Part shown: positions 9,018 to 19,030 of the stretch, one piece after another
Position numbering within the stretch: position 1 is the stretch's first letter
Layout: each line of letters begins with the position of its first letter
Source of the DNA: Alphaproteobacteria bacterium
GTDB taxonomy: Bacteria > Pseudomonadota > Alphaproteobacteria > UBA8366
Assembly (NCBI GenBank): GCA_965228695.1
Contig: CBDDIB010000002.1
Span: 1,497,089-1,561,088 of the forward strand
DNA length: 64,000 bases
Direction: 5' to 3'
Notes under the pieces: generated by a model
What the model saw: the letters and a program-made list of their open reading frames with translations, nothing else
Database searches by the model: none
What the model was told of the DNA's origin: nothing
Program-made: the position numbers and the translations under genes

Positions 9018-10778
9018 TTAGCCCGTGGGCATTGGTTTTCCGGCACGGTCGAAAAGATAAGCTTCGATGGCGTGCATCATCTCATGCGCGAACGGCGTGC
9101 GGTAGTCGGGACTTGTACCGCTCGACAACCCGGCCAGCGACAGACCCATGGCGGCGTTGATCTCGTAGACGACGACCCTGCCATCGGTACGAAAGCCGAA
9201 GTCGATGCCGTAGATGTCCAGGTCGGTCGTGTCGGTTACCTCCCGGAAGACGTCTTCCGGCGCGGCGCCCAGCACGGCTTCGGGGGAGGCATGAAAGGCG
9301 ATCTCTTCTTTGTCCAACCCGAGGGTCTTCCAATCAAGTGTGGTGAGACTCTCGCCGTGCACGTTCCAATCCGATCCGAAATGCATGCCGCACGGGCGCA
9401 TGGTGTCGCCGATGATGGCGATTCGATACCGGCGGAACAAACCATCCTCGGACCGGCAGTCATGATAGGCGATCGCATAGAAATCCGCGAAGGGATGATT
9501 TTGTAGGATACTGGTAAGCTCCGCTTCGTCTTGCACCTGCGTGGCGCCGTGGCCGGAATTCGTGTGCGACGGGCGCAGAATGATCGGTAACGCCATCTCG
9601 GCGAGAATACGGTCGCGGGTCGCGGCGACGTCGGCTTCGTGAGCGATTCGGATCGTGTGAGGAAAGGTGAACGTCTCGGCCGCGGCGAAGCGTTTAGCAT
9701 TTCCCGCGCGCGTGGTCTGTTTCACCGCCGCCGGCGTATTGACCAGCGGCATCGGCAGGGCTGCGCCCATGCGGTCGGTCCGCTCGGCATGGCCGCGTGC
9801 GTCGATGCGTTCGAAGACCGGCCGGTTGTTCAAGGCAATGTCGAACTCGGACAAATCCAGCACGTCGTCGAGATTTCCGATGGTGTCGGACAATACATGG
9901 GTGAATGCGATCCGGCCCGCCGGCAAGAATGACGGGAAATTACCCTGTGCATAGACAATCGGATGATGCTCGATGTTGGTAAAGGACTCTTCGCCAAAGG
10001 CGTCGAGAACCAGCACCCGTAAAGCCGGGGTGCCCGAACTGCGCGTCTGGCTCGGAAAATTCTCGATTGCGGCACGGGTGATCCGTTCGGCGTCGACCGT
10101 GGCGCCACTGTGGTAGCTTGCGGCCGCCAAGGCTTGGTAATGTTTCATCTTGTCCGGATCTGCGGACAGGACCGTCGAGAATGCCTGCCGGGCGTCGGCG
10201 AACCGCCCCATGCGAAACATCAGCCGGCCCCACAGATAATTCCGGTCGGTCGGCGGCCCGATGTTGTTTTTCAACGCATTGCGGATGACCGCGGCGGCGT
10301 CTTCGAATTGGCCGGATTCGATCAACGCGTCGGCATAGGCCATCTGGAGGTCGCCGCGCTTCGGTTCGGTTTGCACCGCGACCTTTAGATCGTCGGCGGC
10401 GTCCCGGTATCGGCCGAGCGCCGCCCGTATCATCCCCCGATTGCGGCGCGCCGAGAAATGCTCGGGTGATGCCTCGATCGCCGCGTCTAGGTGGCGCAGG
10501 CCGGCTTCGTGTTCGCCGTTTTGGATAAGCGCGGCGCCGAAATTGCTCAGGGCCGTCGGATTGTCCGGCAGGAGGACGAGCGCCGCCTCGGCGCGTTTGC
10601 GCGCGACCGCGAAGTCCCGGCGCTGCATGGCGATCCCGAAGCTGAGCGTCTGGGCTCCGGCATGGGTCGGTGTTTCGACAAGAATGCCGGCCAGCAGAGT
10701 TTCGGCCTCGTCGAATCTTCCCTTCGTCGCGGCCTCCGATGCCATTTCGAACGCGCTTTTTCCGTTCTGATCGTCCAT
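9018..10778 (-). CDS. TPR repeat :: ATP-grasp-like ligase fusion (paralogue A)
   Basis: The N-terminal ~240 aa are TPR-like. The C-terminal part has PIILRPSHTNSGHGATQV, GLFRRYRIAIIGD and DIYGIDFGFRTDGRVVVYEINAAMG, reminiscent of RimK-type ATP-grasp folds. Assigned by eye only. Confidence 0.65.
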   Translation of the reverse strand: MDDQNGKSAFEMASEAATKGRFDEAETLLAGILVETPTHAGAQTLSFGIAMQRRDFAVARKRAEAALVLLPDNPTALSNFGAALIQNGEHEAGLRHLDAAIEASPEHFSARRNRGMIRAALGRYRDAADDLKVAVQTEPKRGDLQMAYADALIESGQFEDAAAVIRNALKNNIGPPTDRNYLWGRLMFRMGRFADARQAFSTVLSADPDKMKHYQALAAASYHSGATVDAERITRAAIENFPSQTRSSGTPALRVLVLDAFGEESFTNIEHHPIVYAQGNFPSFLPAGRIAFTHVLSDTIGNLDDVLDLSEFDIALNNRPVFERIDARGHAERTDRMGAALPMPLVNTPAAVKQTTRAGNAKRFAAAETFTFPHTIRIAHEADVAATRDRILAEMALPIILRPSHTNSGHGATQVQDEAELTSILQNHPFADFYAIAYHDCRSEDGLFRRYRIAIIGDTMRPCGMHFGSDWNVHGESLTTLDWKTLGLDKEEIAFHASPEAVLGAAPEDVFREVTDTTDLDIYGIDFGFRTDGRVVVYEINAAMGLSLAGLSSGTSPDYRTPFAHEMMHAIEAYLFDRAGKPMPTG

Positions 10779-10805
10779 GCTGCGGTCTTTCGACTCCTCT
10801 GCCGG

Positions 10806-12581
10806 TCAGTTCGCCGAAATGGGCGATTCCTCAGCGCTGTGTGCTTTCGCCTTCTCGAACAACATGTCGGTGATCATTCCCTTGATTTGGTCGCACTGCG
10901 CAGTTCGATACGGAAACGTCTCCAAATCGCCGCCGTTCGCGATTGCCATCGCGCTGTTGACTTCGAAGACGATGATCCGGCCGTCTTCCTTGCGGATGCC
11001 GAAATCGATTCCAAAGACGTCAAGGTCCGTTGCGTCGACGATGTCGCGGAAGAACTCTTCGGGCGGTGCGCCGAGCACTTCTTCCGGATTTTCCCAGAAG
11101 TTTTTCTCCTCGACGTCGAAACCGAGTTCGGCCCATTTTTCGGGCCCATGCTCCCAGCTATGGACGTTCCATTTGAAATCGGCGCGTAGCCCGTCGGGGA
11201 TGAGGTGCCCGTCGATGCAGGCAATTCGATAGCGCCGGAACAATCCGTCCGGCGACGTACAGTCATGGTAGTCGATCGCGTAGAAGTAGGACAAAGGGTT
11301 CTGCCGGAGTACCTCGCGTAGGCCGTCTTCGTCCTCGATGAGCATGACGCCGTGGCCGACATGGGTGTGGCGCGGGCGAAGGATGATCGGGAACCGCGTA
11401 TTGGCCAAAACTTGTTCAACGGTGGCGTCGATGTTTGTTCCATGCCGGACGCCAATCGTGCGTGGAAAGATAAAGTTTTCCGCATCGGCAAACCGTTTGG
11501 CGTTCGCCTCCCGCGTCATCTTGCTCACCGCCGCCGGCGAGTTCACGATGGGTATCGGCAGTTCCGATACCCATTTCTGGTACTCATCGGCATGCTTGCG
11601 CGCCTCGAGCCGTTCGAAGACCGGCCGGTTGTTGATGGCGATATCGAACTGACCCATATCCAGTGCGTCATTCAGATCGCAGCCGGTATCCGCGATGGCG
11701 TGGGTATATGTGATCCGATCGATCGGCAGGAATGCCGGGAAATTTCCCATGATGTAATTGACCGGGTGACGGCCGATGTCGGTAAAGAAATCCAGGCCCA
11801 TCGGCTCGAGCACCAAAACTCGAAAATCGGAATCGGCGCTGCCGCGCTCGAAGCTTGGGAACTTTCGGTAAGCGCCCGCCGTGACCTTTTGTGCGTGGAG
11901 CATGTCGCCGCAGTGGAAACTCGCCGCCGCTAGGGCCCGATAGTGTTTCATTTCGCTCGCATCGGCCGATAGAACCGCGGCGAATGATTGCCGCGCGTCG
12001 GTAAATCGGTTCATGCGAAACATCAGCCGGCCCCAGAAAAAGGTTCGCTCGAGCTGTGATCCCACGTTGAGGTCCTTGGCTTCGCGAATTGCCGCCGCGG
12101 CTTCTTCATGCAGTCCCGATTCGATCAACGCATCTGCCAGCGCCATGCGCGTATCGCCGCGGTCCGGCTGAGCGGCGACGGCGACTTTGATATCCGCGGC
12201 GGCTTCCGCGTACTCACCGAGGGTCGCCTTCAACATCCCGCGATTACGCCGCGCGTAAAAATGATTGGGGTCCGCTTCGATCGCCGCGTTCAGATGCGGC
12301 ATCGCGGCCGCGAAATCGTTGCTTTGGATGAGCGCAGCTCCAAGATTGCTCAGCATGCTCGGATCGTCCGGCATGAGGGTCAATGCCGCCTCCGCGCGTT
12401 TCCGGGCGAGCGCGAAATCCTTGCGCTGCATGGCAATCGCGAAACTCAGGGTCTGAGCCTTGCTGTCCCTCGGCGTTTCGAGCAGCACGGCGGCCAGCAG
12501 AGTCTCGGCGTCGTCCAGCCGCCCGTTTTTGGCGGCTTCGGACGCTTGTGCGAAGGCTGTCATTTCCTGTGGCTCGCTCAT
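10806..12581 (-). CDS. TPR repeat :: ATP-grasp-like ligase fusion (paralogue B)
   Basis: Collinear with paralogue A over its full length, with the majority of positions identical by eye. Examples: AQTLSFAIAMQRKDFALARKRAEAAL; PIILRPRHTHVGHGVMLI; DVFGIDFGIRKEDGRIIVFEVNSAM. A 27-nt gap separates it from A. Confidence 0.65.
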   Translation of the reverse strand: MSEPQEMTAFAQASEAAKNGRLDDAETLLAAVLLETPRDSKAQTLSFAIAMQRKDFALARKRAEAALTLMPDDPSMLSNLGAALIQSNDFAAAMPHLNAAIEADPNHFYARRNRGMLKATLGEYAEAAADIKVAVAAQPDRGDTRMALADALIESGLHEEAAAAIREAKDLNVGSQLERTFFWGRLMFRMNRFTDARQSFAAVLSADASEMKHYRALAAASFHCGDMLHAQKVTAGAYRKFPSFERGSADSDFRVLVLEPMGLDFFTDIGRHPVNYIMGNFPAFLPIDRITYTHAIADTGCDLNDALDMGQFDIAINNRPVFERLEARKHADEYQKWVSELPIPIVNSPAAVSKMTREANAKRFADAENFIFPRTIGVRHGTNIDATVEQVLANTRFPIILRPRHTHVGHGVMLIEDEDGLREVLRQNPLSYFYAIDYHDCTSPDGLFRRYRIACIDGHLIPDGLRADFKWNVHSWEHGPEKWAELGFDVEEKNFWENPEEVLGAPPEEFFRDIVDATDLDVFGIDFGIRKEDGRIIVFEVNSAMAIANGGDLETFPYRTAQCDQIKGMITDMLFEKAKAHSAEESPISAN

Positions 12582-12695
12582 CCGGCTTCCTTCGTCCCTA
12601 CGGCGTTCGGGACGATAGTACCGCCTTGAGCGTGGGCAAGCCGAATCCCTCGAAAGGATAATCCTTTTACGCCATTCGGGGTATCGGATAGCGGG

Positions 12696-13430
12696 TTAGC
12701 GGTTCCGCTGCATCGTCTCGATATAGCGCTGGATCCGGTCTTTCAGGCCGGACTTGGCGGCGGAGCGGACCAAATCCGCCATATCCTCGGCGCGGGTATC
12801 CTGGGCCGTGGCGTCGAACAGGGCGCGGGTTGCGTCCGTTTCAAGCGTCCGGGCCGCGGCGCTGGCCGTGTCGATGATCGCCGGCCATTCGTCCTCGGCG
12901 GCGAGGCCGGTGGCGAAACCCATATCCTTGGCTTCGTCAGCGTCGAACGCGCGGGTTTCGTTTTGGATCGCGCGAGCGGCATCGACGCCGATCCGCGACA
13001 CCAGCCGCCGGGTTCCAAGGACGATCCCGAACGCCAGGCCCGGCATTCGGAAGGTGGTTCCGGGCGCGGCGACCCGCTGGCTGCAGGCGCAGAACACATC
13101 GGCGCCGGCCCCCATGGCGCGGCCGTTCGCCAGGGCAAGTGTCGGAAAAGGCAGATGGTAGAGTTTCTGCAGCAGGCTCTCGATCCGGATGAATCGCAGC
13201 AGGAGATCCCCGTCGCTGCGTTCTCCGATGTCGCTGAGATCAAAGCCCGCGCAGAAGTGCTTTCCCGCAGCGTCGAGAATCAGCAGGCGAGTATCGCCGT
13301 CCTCGGCATGCGCGATGGCGTCCGCGAGCGCGTCTACCATCTCTTCGTTCAGCGCATTCGCCTTTTCGGGCCGGTTCAGGGTGACCCGGACCACGCCCTC
13401 GCTTTCGGGGCTTACGGCAACGACCGTCAT
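12696..13430 (-). CDS. enoyl-CoA hydratase/isomerase family protein
   Basis: VTLNRPEKANALNEEM, FCAGFDLS, ALANGRAMGAGADVF. ATG lies 9 nt after the upstream PhyH stop. Confidence 0.85.
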   Translation of the reverse strand: MTVVAVSPESEGVVRVTLNRPEKANALNEEMVDALADAIAHAEDGDTRLLILDAAGKHFCAGFDLSDIGERSDGDLLLRFIRIESLLQKLYHLPFPTLALANGRAMGAGADVFCACSQRVAAPGTTFRMPGLAFGIVLGTRRLVSRIGVDAARAIQNETRAFDADEAKDMGFATGLAAEDEWPAIIDTASAAARTLETDATRALFDATAQDTRAEDMADLVRSAAKSGLKDRIQRYIETMQRNR

Positions 13431-13439
13431 ACCGCTGAC

Positions 13440-14354
13440 CTAAACGTGGGCGGGCTGCGGCGCGACCTTGCCCTCGCCGCCAAAGTAGCGGTTCTGCAGA
13501 ATGCTCTGGTTGTCGTAGATCGACCCTGGGCCTGCGTCCGGCTGGTACGGCAGCGGGATGCGAACCGGCGCGGGCACGACCCGCGGTGACAGGGTCGGCT
13601 CGCCCCGCACGATACGATTGTTGAAATCCTCCAGGCTGCCCTTCATGTCCGCGATCGGCCAGGCGTCCACCGCCGCATAGGCCTGCAGCAGGAAGGTGCG
13701 CGGCCGGTCGGACCGGTTGAAGGCGGATCCGTGAACCAGACGGGCATGATGAACGGTCAGCGTGCCTGCCGGGCCGGTCAACGGCACCGCGGCGGAGAAG
13801 TCGAGATCGCAGGCGTCCGGATCCATCGCGCCGCAGAAATACCCTTGTGAATGGTGGTCGTAGGTCGGGCCTTTATGCGTTCCCGGCAGGACCAGCATGG
13901 GGCCGTTCTCTTCCGTGCAGTCGTCAAGGTAAATGCCGACCGCGAGCACGTCGTCATTGGTGTGCGGGTAGAATGCCCAATCCTGATGCCATTCGACGGA
14001 TTCGCCGACACCGGCGGATTTCATGTTCACCTTGGTGTTGTGCGTTCGGATGCCGCTCGGGCCGAGGATGGGATCGAGGATGTCCATGATCAGCGGTTCC
14101 GCGGCATGCGCGCGGAAGAACTCGGAATTTGCATGAGGTGATTTGATGCGGCGCACGCGCGGCGTTTCCGGCGTGTGGGACGGGTCGAGATCGAGCACGT
14201 CGCTGCTCTCTGTAAGATTGACCGCGTCCGCGACCATCCGGTCGACTTCGGCCTTGATTTCTGCGATCCGCGCCGGCGCGACCGCATTGGGGAGCACGAT
14301 GTATCCCTGCTCGAAATACGTATCCACCTGTTCTTGCGTCAGTCTCGCCGCCAT
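13440..14354 (-). CDS. phytanoyl-CoA dioxygenase (PhyH) family Fe(II)/2OG oxygenase
   Basis: LTQEQVDTYFEQGYIVLPNAV, WHQDWAFYPHT (HxD), HHARLVHGSAFN. Start moved to ATG 14354, preceded by AGGAGA. Track start is 14390. Confidence 0.85.
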   Translation of the reverse strand: MAARLTQEQVDTYFEQGYIVLPNAVAPARIAEIKAEVDRMVADAVNLTESSDVLDLDPSHTPETPRVRRIKSPHANSEFFRAHAAEPLIMDILDPILGPSGIRTHNTKVNMKSAGVGESVEWHQDWAFYPHTNDDVLAVGIYLDDCTEENGPMLVLPGTHKGPTYDHHSQGYFCGAMDPDACDLDFSAAVPLTGPAGTLTVHHARLVHGSAFNRSDRPRTFLLQAYAAVDAWPIADMKGSLEDFNNRIVRGEPTLSPRVVPAPVRIPLPYQPDAGPGSIYDNQSILQNRYFGGEGKVAPQPAHV

Positions 14355-14542
14355 GCTTCTTCTCCTGCACCGATATTGTTGCGCTATCATACAGGCTTAA
14401 GGAGCCATGGGCGAGGGGGCGGGCGGGCGTGTCCCACGCCGGCTGGATTTGACAGGATAGCGGGAATCCCTGAGTTTTTGGGCTGTGTCCGGTCGGGCAT
14501 CGGTCCACAGCGGTCGCATCAAAATCCGGAGGATGGTCAGGA

Positions 14543-15745
14543 ATGGCGGATGAACTCGCCTTCGAAGGGCTCAAGGTATTCGACATGTCGCAGGGCGTTG
14601 CAGCGCCGTATTGCGGCATGCTGCTGGCGCTGAACGGCGCGGACGTGATCAAGATGGAACCGCACGCCCCCGGCGACTGGAGCCGTTCGATGGGCAAGCC
14701 CTACGGCGATCAAAGCGCCAGTTCGGTGATCCTGTGCCGGGGGAAGCGTAGCATCGCGCTCGACCTGAAGAAGCCGGCAGGAAACGAGATCGCCAAGAAA
14801 CTCGCGGCGGAGGCGGACGTGATCCTGCAGAATTACCGGCCCGGCGTGATCGAGAAATTCGGCCTCGACTACGAGTCGGTGCGCTCGGGCAACCCGGACG
14901 TGATCTATCTTTCCTTGACCGGTTTCGGGCCGGCCGGACCCAAGGCGAAGCTGCCGGCGACGGATTCCGTCATGCAGGCGTTTACCGGGTTCATGTCGAT
15001 CAATCGGGATGAGTCGGGGACGCCGCAACGCATCAACTATTATGCGATCGACGTCATCACCGGGCTCTATTCCTTCCAGGCCGTCTCGAGCGCGCTCTAC
15101 CGGCGGGCGACCAAGGGCGGCGGCAAGCATATCCGGACCAGCCTTCTGGAATCGGCATTGAGTTTCCAGGACGTGAAGATGGTGGAATTCCAATTGGAGG
15201 GTCCGGTTGCCGAACCGATCGGCGCGCCGGTCGGCACCTTCAAGAGCAAAGATGGGCATATCTGCGTCAACGCGCGCCGCGATCCGCATTTTCAGGCGCT
15301 GTGCCGGTTGCTCGGCCGCGAGGAGTTGATCGGCGATCCGCGTTATGCGGACGCGCGATCGCGGGTCGCCAATCGCGAGGATCTCCTGACCATCCTACAA
15401 GACACAATCGCGACGCGGACCACGGCGGAATGGGTCGAGGCGCTCAGCGAGATCGATATCCTGAACGCGCCGGTGAACGATTACGGCAATCTGTTCCAGG
15501 AGGCGCAGGTCAAGGCGGTCGATGCCGTGCGTTGGATCGAGGCTGACGCGGTCGGCAAGGTCCCGATGGGCAATATCGCCGGCGTACCGGCGGCCGCGAC
15601 CGATAATCCACGATCGCATTCCCCCCACATTGGCCAGCATAGCCGCGAGATTCTCGCCGAACTGGGGATGAGTGAATCCGAAATCGACGCCCTGTGCGCG
15701 GACGGCGCGGTTGCCGCCTACGACACCAAATTGGCAGCGGAATAG
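14543..15745 (+). CDS. CoA-transferase family III (CaiB/BaiF-like), paralogue 1
   Basis: FEGLKVFDMSQGVAAPYCGMLLALNGADVIKMEP, NYRPGVIEKFGLDYESV, AIDVITG. Confidence 0.9.
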   Translation: MADELAFEGLKVFDMSQGVAAPYCGMLLALNGADVIKMEPHAPGDWSRSMGKPYGDQSASSVILCRGKRSIALDLKKPAGNEIAKKLAAEADVILQNYRPGVIEKFGLDYESVRSGNPDVIYLSLTGFGPAGPKAKLPATDSVMQAFTGFMSINRDESGTPQRINYYAIDVITGLYSFQAVSSALYRRATKGGGKHIRTSLLESALSFQDVKMVEFQLEGPVAEPIGAPVGTFKSKDGHICVNARRDPHFQALCRLLGREELIGDPRYADARSRVANREDLLTILQDTIATRTTAEWVEALSEIDILNAPVNDYGNLFQEAQVKAVDAVRWIEADAVGKVPMGNIAGVPAAATDNPRSHSPHIGQHSREILAELGMSESEIDALCADGAVAAYDTKLAAE

Positions 15746-15753
15746 GAAATCTA

Positions 15754-16974
15754 ATGAGCGATGAACCGGCCTTCGCCGGGCTCAAAGTCTTCGACGCGTC
15801 GCAAGGCGTAGCCGCGCCGCATTGCGGCCTGCTGTTGGCGCAGCACGGGGCGGACGTCGTCAAGATGGAGCCGTTGAATGGCGATTGGAGCCGTGTTCTC
15901 GGCAAGAGCCTCGGCGATTACAGCCCGTATTCGCTGATCGTGAACCGCGGGAAGCGCAGCATCGCGCTCGATCTGAAGACGGATGACGGCCGCGCTATTG
16001 CGCAGCAGCTGGCCGCCGACGCCGACGTCATGCTGCAAAACTTTCGGCCGGGCGTGATGAAACGGTTCGGCCTCGACTACGAGTCGGTCCGCGCCGAGAA
16101 TCCGAACGTAGTTTACATGTCGCTGTCCGGTTTCGGTCAGACCGGACCCTACAGCAGCCGGCCTGCGACCGACATGGTGCTGCAGGCATTCAGCGGTTGG
16201 ATGTCGATCAACAAGGATCCGTCCGGCAAGCCGCAGCGCATCAATATGGTCGCGATCGATGTCATGTCGGGGCTGTACGCATTTCAGGCGGTCAGTACCG
16301 CGCTGTACCGCAAGGCGATGAAGGGTGTGGGGACGCATATCGAGATGAGCCTGATGGAGGCGGCGGCAGCCCTGCAGTCCGCGCCGGTGGTCGAGCATCA
16401 TTTCGGCATCAACCGCGCGGAAGGGATCGGCGTGCCGATCGGCGCCTTCAAGACCAGGGACGGATTTATCAATATCAATGCGCGCCGCGATCCGGTCTTC
16501 GCGAAATTCTGCCGCCTGCTCGGGCGGGAGGACCTGATCGAAGACCCTCGTTTCAAGACTCCGGCCGCGCGTGTCGAGAACGAGGCGCCGCTGCTCGCCA
16601 TGATCGAGGACGTTATCCAGACCCGCACAACGGCGGAATGGGACCGTGATCTCACCGAGTTGGATATCCTGCATGCGGCGGTCAACGATTACGGCGATTA
16701 TCTCGCCGACGCCCACGTTCAGGAAACCGGTGTGGTCTCCCATGTGATGCACGAAACCGTCGGAACGATTCCGATGACCAAAATACCGGGTCTACCGGCG
16801 GCCGAAACCGGCAATCCTCTGTCCCACGCACCGCATATTGGCGAACACACCATCGAAATCCTGACCGGCCTTGGTTTCACCGAGGATAAGATCGCCGCAT
16901 TGCGCGACGGGAGTATCGTCGGACAGTACGATCCCGACAAAGCGCCTGCGAATGCAGGGATGGCGCCTCCTTGA
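15754..16974 (+). CDS. CoA-transferase family III, paralogue 2
   Basis: ATG at 15754 (MSDEPAFAGLKVFDASQGVAAPHCG...), 8 nt after the stop of paralogue 1. Collinear with paralogue 1, more than half identical by eye. Confidence 0.9.
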   Translation: MSDEPAFAGLKVFDASQGVAAPHCGLLLAQHGADVVKMEPLNGDWSRVLGKSLGDYSPYSLIVNRGKRSIALDLKTDDGRAIAQQLAADADVMLQNFRPGVMKRFGLDYESVRAENPNVVYMSLSGFGQTGPYSSRPATDMVLQAFSGWMSINKDPSGKPQRINMVAIDVMSGLYAFQAVSTALYRKAMKGVGTHIEMSLMEAAAALQSAPVVEHHFGINRAEGIGVPIGAFKTRDGFININARRDPVFAKFCRLLGREDLIEDPRFKTPAARVENEAPLLAMIEDVIQTRTTAEWDRDLTELDILHAAVNDYGDYLADAHVQETGVVSHVMHETVGTIPMTKIPGLPAAETGNPLSHAPHIGEHTIEILTGLGFTEDKIAALRDGSIVGQYDPDKAPANAGMAPP

Positions 16975-17192
16975 GGCCTGTACGCATGTTTGGGATTTAG
17001 TCAACGCGGCAAACTGATCCGGTCACGTTGATGCATGAAGATAGAGGTTTGATTCATATAGAAATGTTGCTGGCCGCTCGAATTTACGGCAACAATGCGG
17101 CCATCCGTACGCATCTGCTGCGGAGATAAAGTTTTCCATGCGGAGTAGATTTCAAGTGTACGTGCAAGCGCCATGATTGCGTACGCTTGGCA

Positions 17193-17867
17193 TTAGATCA
17201 AGGCAGTGAGATCCGGTGCCGCGCGCCACGGTTTGGCTCCGGGCAGACGCGGGACCGCGGCAATTCGGAGATCCGGCAGGAACCTCTGGATCGTCGACGC
17301 TGTTTCCGCGACCGGCACCGGGCTTTCTTCGGACTCGCTGATGACGATGGCCGAAATGTCCAGGCCGCGCGCTGCCAGCGTTCCGGCGGCGGTCAGGGTA
17401 TGGCTGATCGTGCCGAGGTAACTTCCGACGACCAGCAGGCAGGGTGCGCCGAGCGCAGCCATCCAGTCGAGGACGGTTTCGCGCTCGGTCAGCGGCACCA
17501 TGACGCCGCCGACCCCTTCGATCAACGTGATCTCCTCCGGCCCGGCGGCGGCATTCCGGCAGTAGGCCACCAGGGCGTCGAAATCGATCGACCGGTTTTC
17601 CCGTACCGCCGCCATATCGGGCGATAACGGGGCCGCGAACCGGAAGGGCGACATGCGGTCGACCGTGTCGTCGGTCGGGGGCGTTCCCTGGCTTTGGAGG
17701 AGGATCGCGGTATCGCTCTCGTCGAAGTCTTCCGACGTAAATCCGCTGATCACGGGCTTCAGCACGCGGGGTTTTTTGCCCGCACGGTGCAGCTGATGGG
17801 CGAGTGACGCGGTGACAAGCGTCTTGCCGACGCCGGTGCCGGACGACGTTATGAAGATTGTTGTCAC
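17193..17867 (-). CDS. bioD: dethiobiotin synthetase
   Basis: (V)TTIFITSSGTGVGKTLVTASLAHQL P-loop. The GTG start at 17867 overlaps the bioF stop (GTGA, 17864-17867). The track ORF 17193..18635 is this gene extended upstream through an alternative frame of bioF. Confidence 0.85.
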   Translation of the reverse strand: MTTIFITSSGTGVGKTLVTASLAHQLHRAGKKPRVLKPVISGFTSEDFDESDTAILLQSQGTPPTDDTVDRMSPFRFAAPLSPDMAAVRENRSIDFDALVAYCRNAAAGPEEITLIEGVGGVMVPLTERETVLDWMAALGAPCLLVVGSYLGTISHTLTAAGTLAARGLDISAIVISESEESPVPVAETASTIQRFLPDLRIAAVPRLPGAKPWRAAPDLTALI

Positions 17868-19030
17868 GCGGCGTTCCGGCCGTCGCGATGGAAGGGGCGC
17901 ACCGCTTCCACCAGCCGCATGATGTCCTCGTCGCGATGTTCGGCGGTGAAGGTGAAGCGCAGCCGCGCGGTATCCTTGGGTACGGTCGGTGGCCGGATCG
18001 CCGTCACCAGGAAGCCCTGCTCGGCGAGGGATTGGCTGGCGGCGAGGGCGGAATCCGCGTCGCCCATGATCAGCGGCACGATGCAGCTTTCCGGATCGGG
18101 CAGGTTGAGCGCCCGCGTGAACAGCCGCGCCTTCTGCATCGGTTTCGCCACCAGCCCGGCGTCCTTTTCGATGAGGTCGAGCGCGGCGATCGACGAGGCC
18201 ACGGCGCCGGGCGGCAAGCCGGTCGTGTAGATGAAGCTGCGGGCGCGCGTCTTGATGAAATCGATCACCGCCTGGCTGGCACAAAGGTAACCGCCATAGA
18301 CGCCGATCGCCTTGGACAGCGTGCCCATCTGTAGCGGAACGCGGGCCTTCGTGCCGGTGACGAAGCTGCTGCCCTTGCCGCCGGCGACGACGCCGAGGCC
18401 GTGCGCATCGTCGGTCATCAGCCAGGCATCGTGGGCCTCGGCGCGTTCCGCCAACTCGACCACCGGCGCAAGATCCCCATCCATGCTGAATACGCCGTCG
18501 GTCAGGATCAGGCAGTGCGGATGGTTCGCGCGGTGTTCCGCCAGAAGCGATTCGCAATGCTCCAGGTCGTTGTGGCGGAAGATGACCAGTTTGGCGTGGC
18601 TGATCTGGGAACCCGCGAACAGGCAGGCGTGGCACAACTCGTCCGCCACGATCAGGTCGTCCGGACCGATCAGCGTCGGGATGACGCCCACATTGGTCAA
18701 ATAGCCGCTGCCGAAGACCACCGCCGCCTCGGTCTCCTTGTAGGCGGCGAGCTTGGCTTCCAGCGTTTCGAAGAGCGGATGGTTTCCCGTCACCAGGCGC
18801 GATGCCCCGGACCCCGCGCCATAGCGCCGGGTAGCCTCGTTCGCAGCGTCGATCACGCGTTTGTCATGCGAGAGGTTGAGATAGTCATTGCAGCAGAAGG
18901 AGATCATCTCTTTGCCGTCACGCCGGGTCAACGCGGCCGCGAAGCGGTCGGTTTCCGCGAGCGTGCGTTTCAGCGACTGCGCCTCGAGCCGTTCGAGTTT
19001 GCCGCGAACAAACTGTTCCAGAGAGTCCAT
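17864..19030 (-). CDS. bioF: 8-amino-7-oxononanoate synthase
   Basis: CCNDYLNLSHD, DDAHGLGVVG-like DDAHGLGVVAGG, PLP-Lys context GTLSKAIG. Confidence 0.9.
   Translation of the reverse strand: MDSLEQFVRGKLERLEAQSLKRTLAETDRFAAALTRRDGKEMISFCCNDYLNLSHDKRVIDAANEATRRYGAGSGASRLVTGNHPLFETLEAKLAAYKETEAAVVFGSGYLTNVGVIPTLIGPDDLIVADELCHACLFAGSQISHAKLVIFRHNDLEHCESLLAEHRANHPHCLILTDGVFSMDGDLAPVVELAERAEAHDAWLMTDDAHGLGVVAGGKGSSFVTGTKARVPLQMGTLSKAIGVYGGYLCASQAVIDFIKTRARSFIYTTGLPPGAVASSIAALDLIEKDAGLVAKPMQKARLFTRALNLPDPESCIVPLIMGDADSALAASQSLAEQGFLVTAIRPPTVPKDTARLRFTFTAEHRDEDIMRLVEAVRPFHRDGRNAA

Noticed and set aside
16975-17192. 218-nt AT-rich convergent spacer with GTACGCAT twice (16981, 17107), TGCGGAG twice, and short crossing stems; considered as an sRNA gene or bidirectional terminator
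   Set aside because: The stems are only 5-7 bp with long loops and no U-tract, and there is no promoter-like element. The repeats are short enough to be chance. I cannot support an RNA gene without covariation or expression data.
17868-18635. Upstream 256 codons of track ORF 17193..18635
   Set aside because: This part lies in an alternative frame of bioF and is Arg/Pro/Gly-rich. The BioD similarity begins exactly at the GTG (17867) that overlaps the bioF stop.
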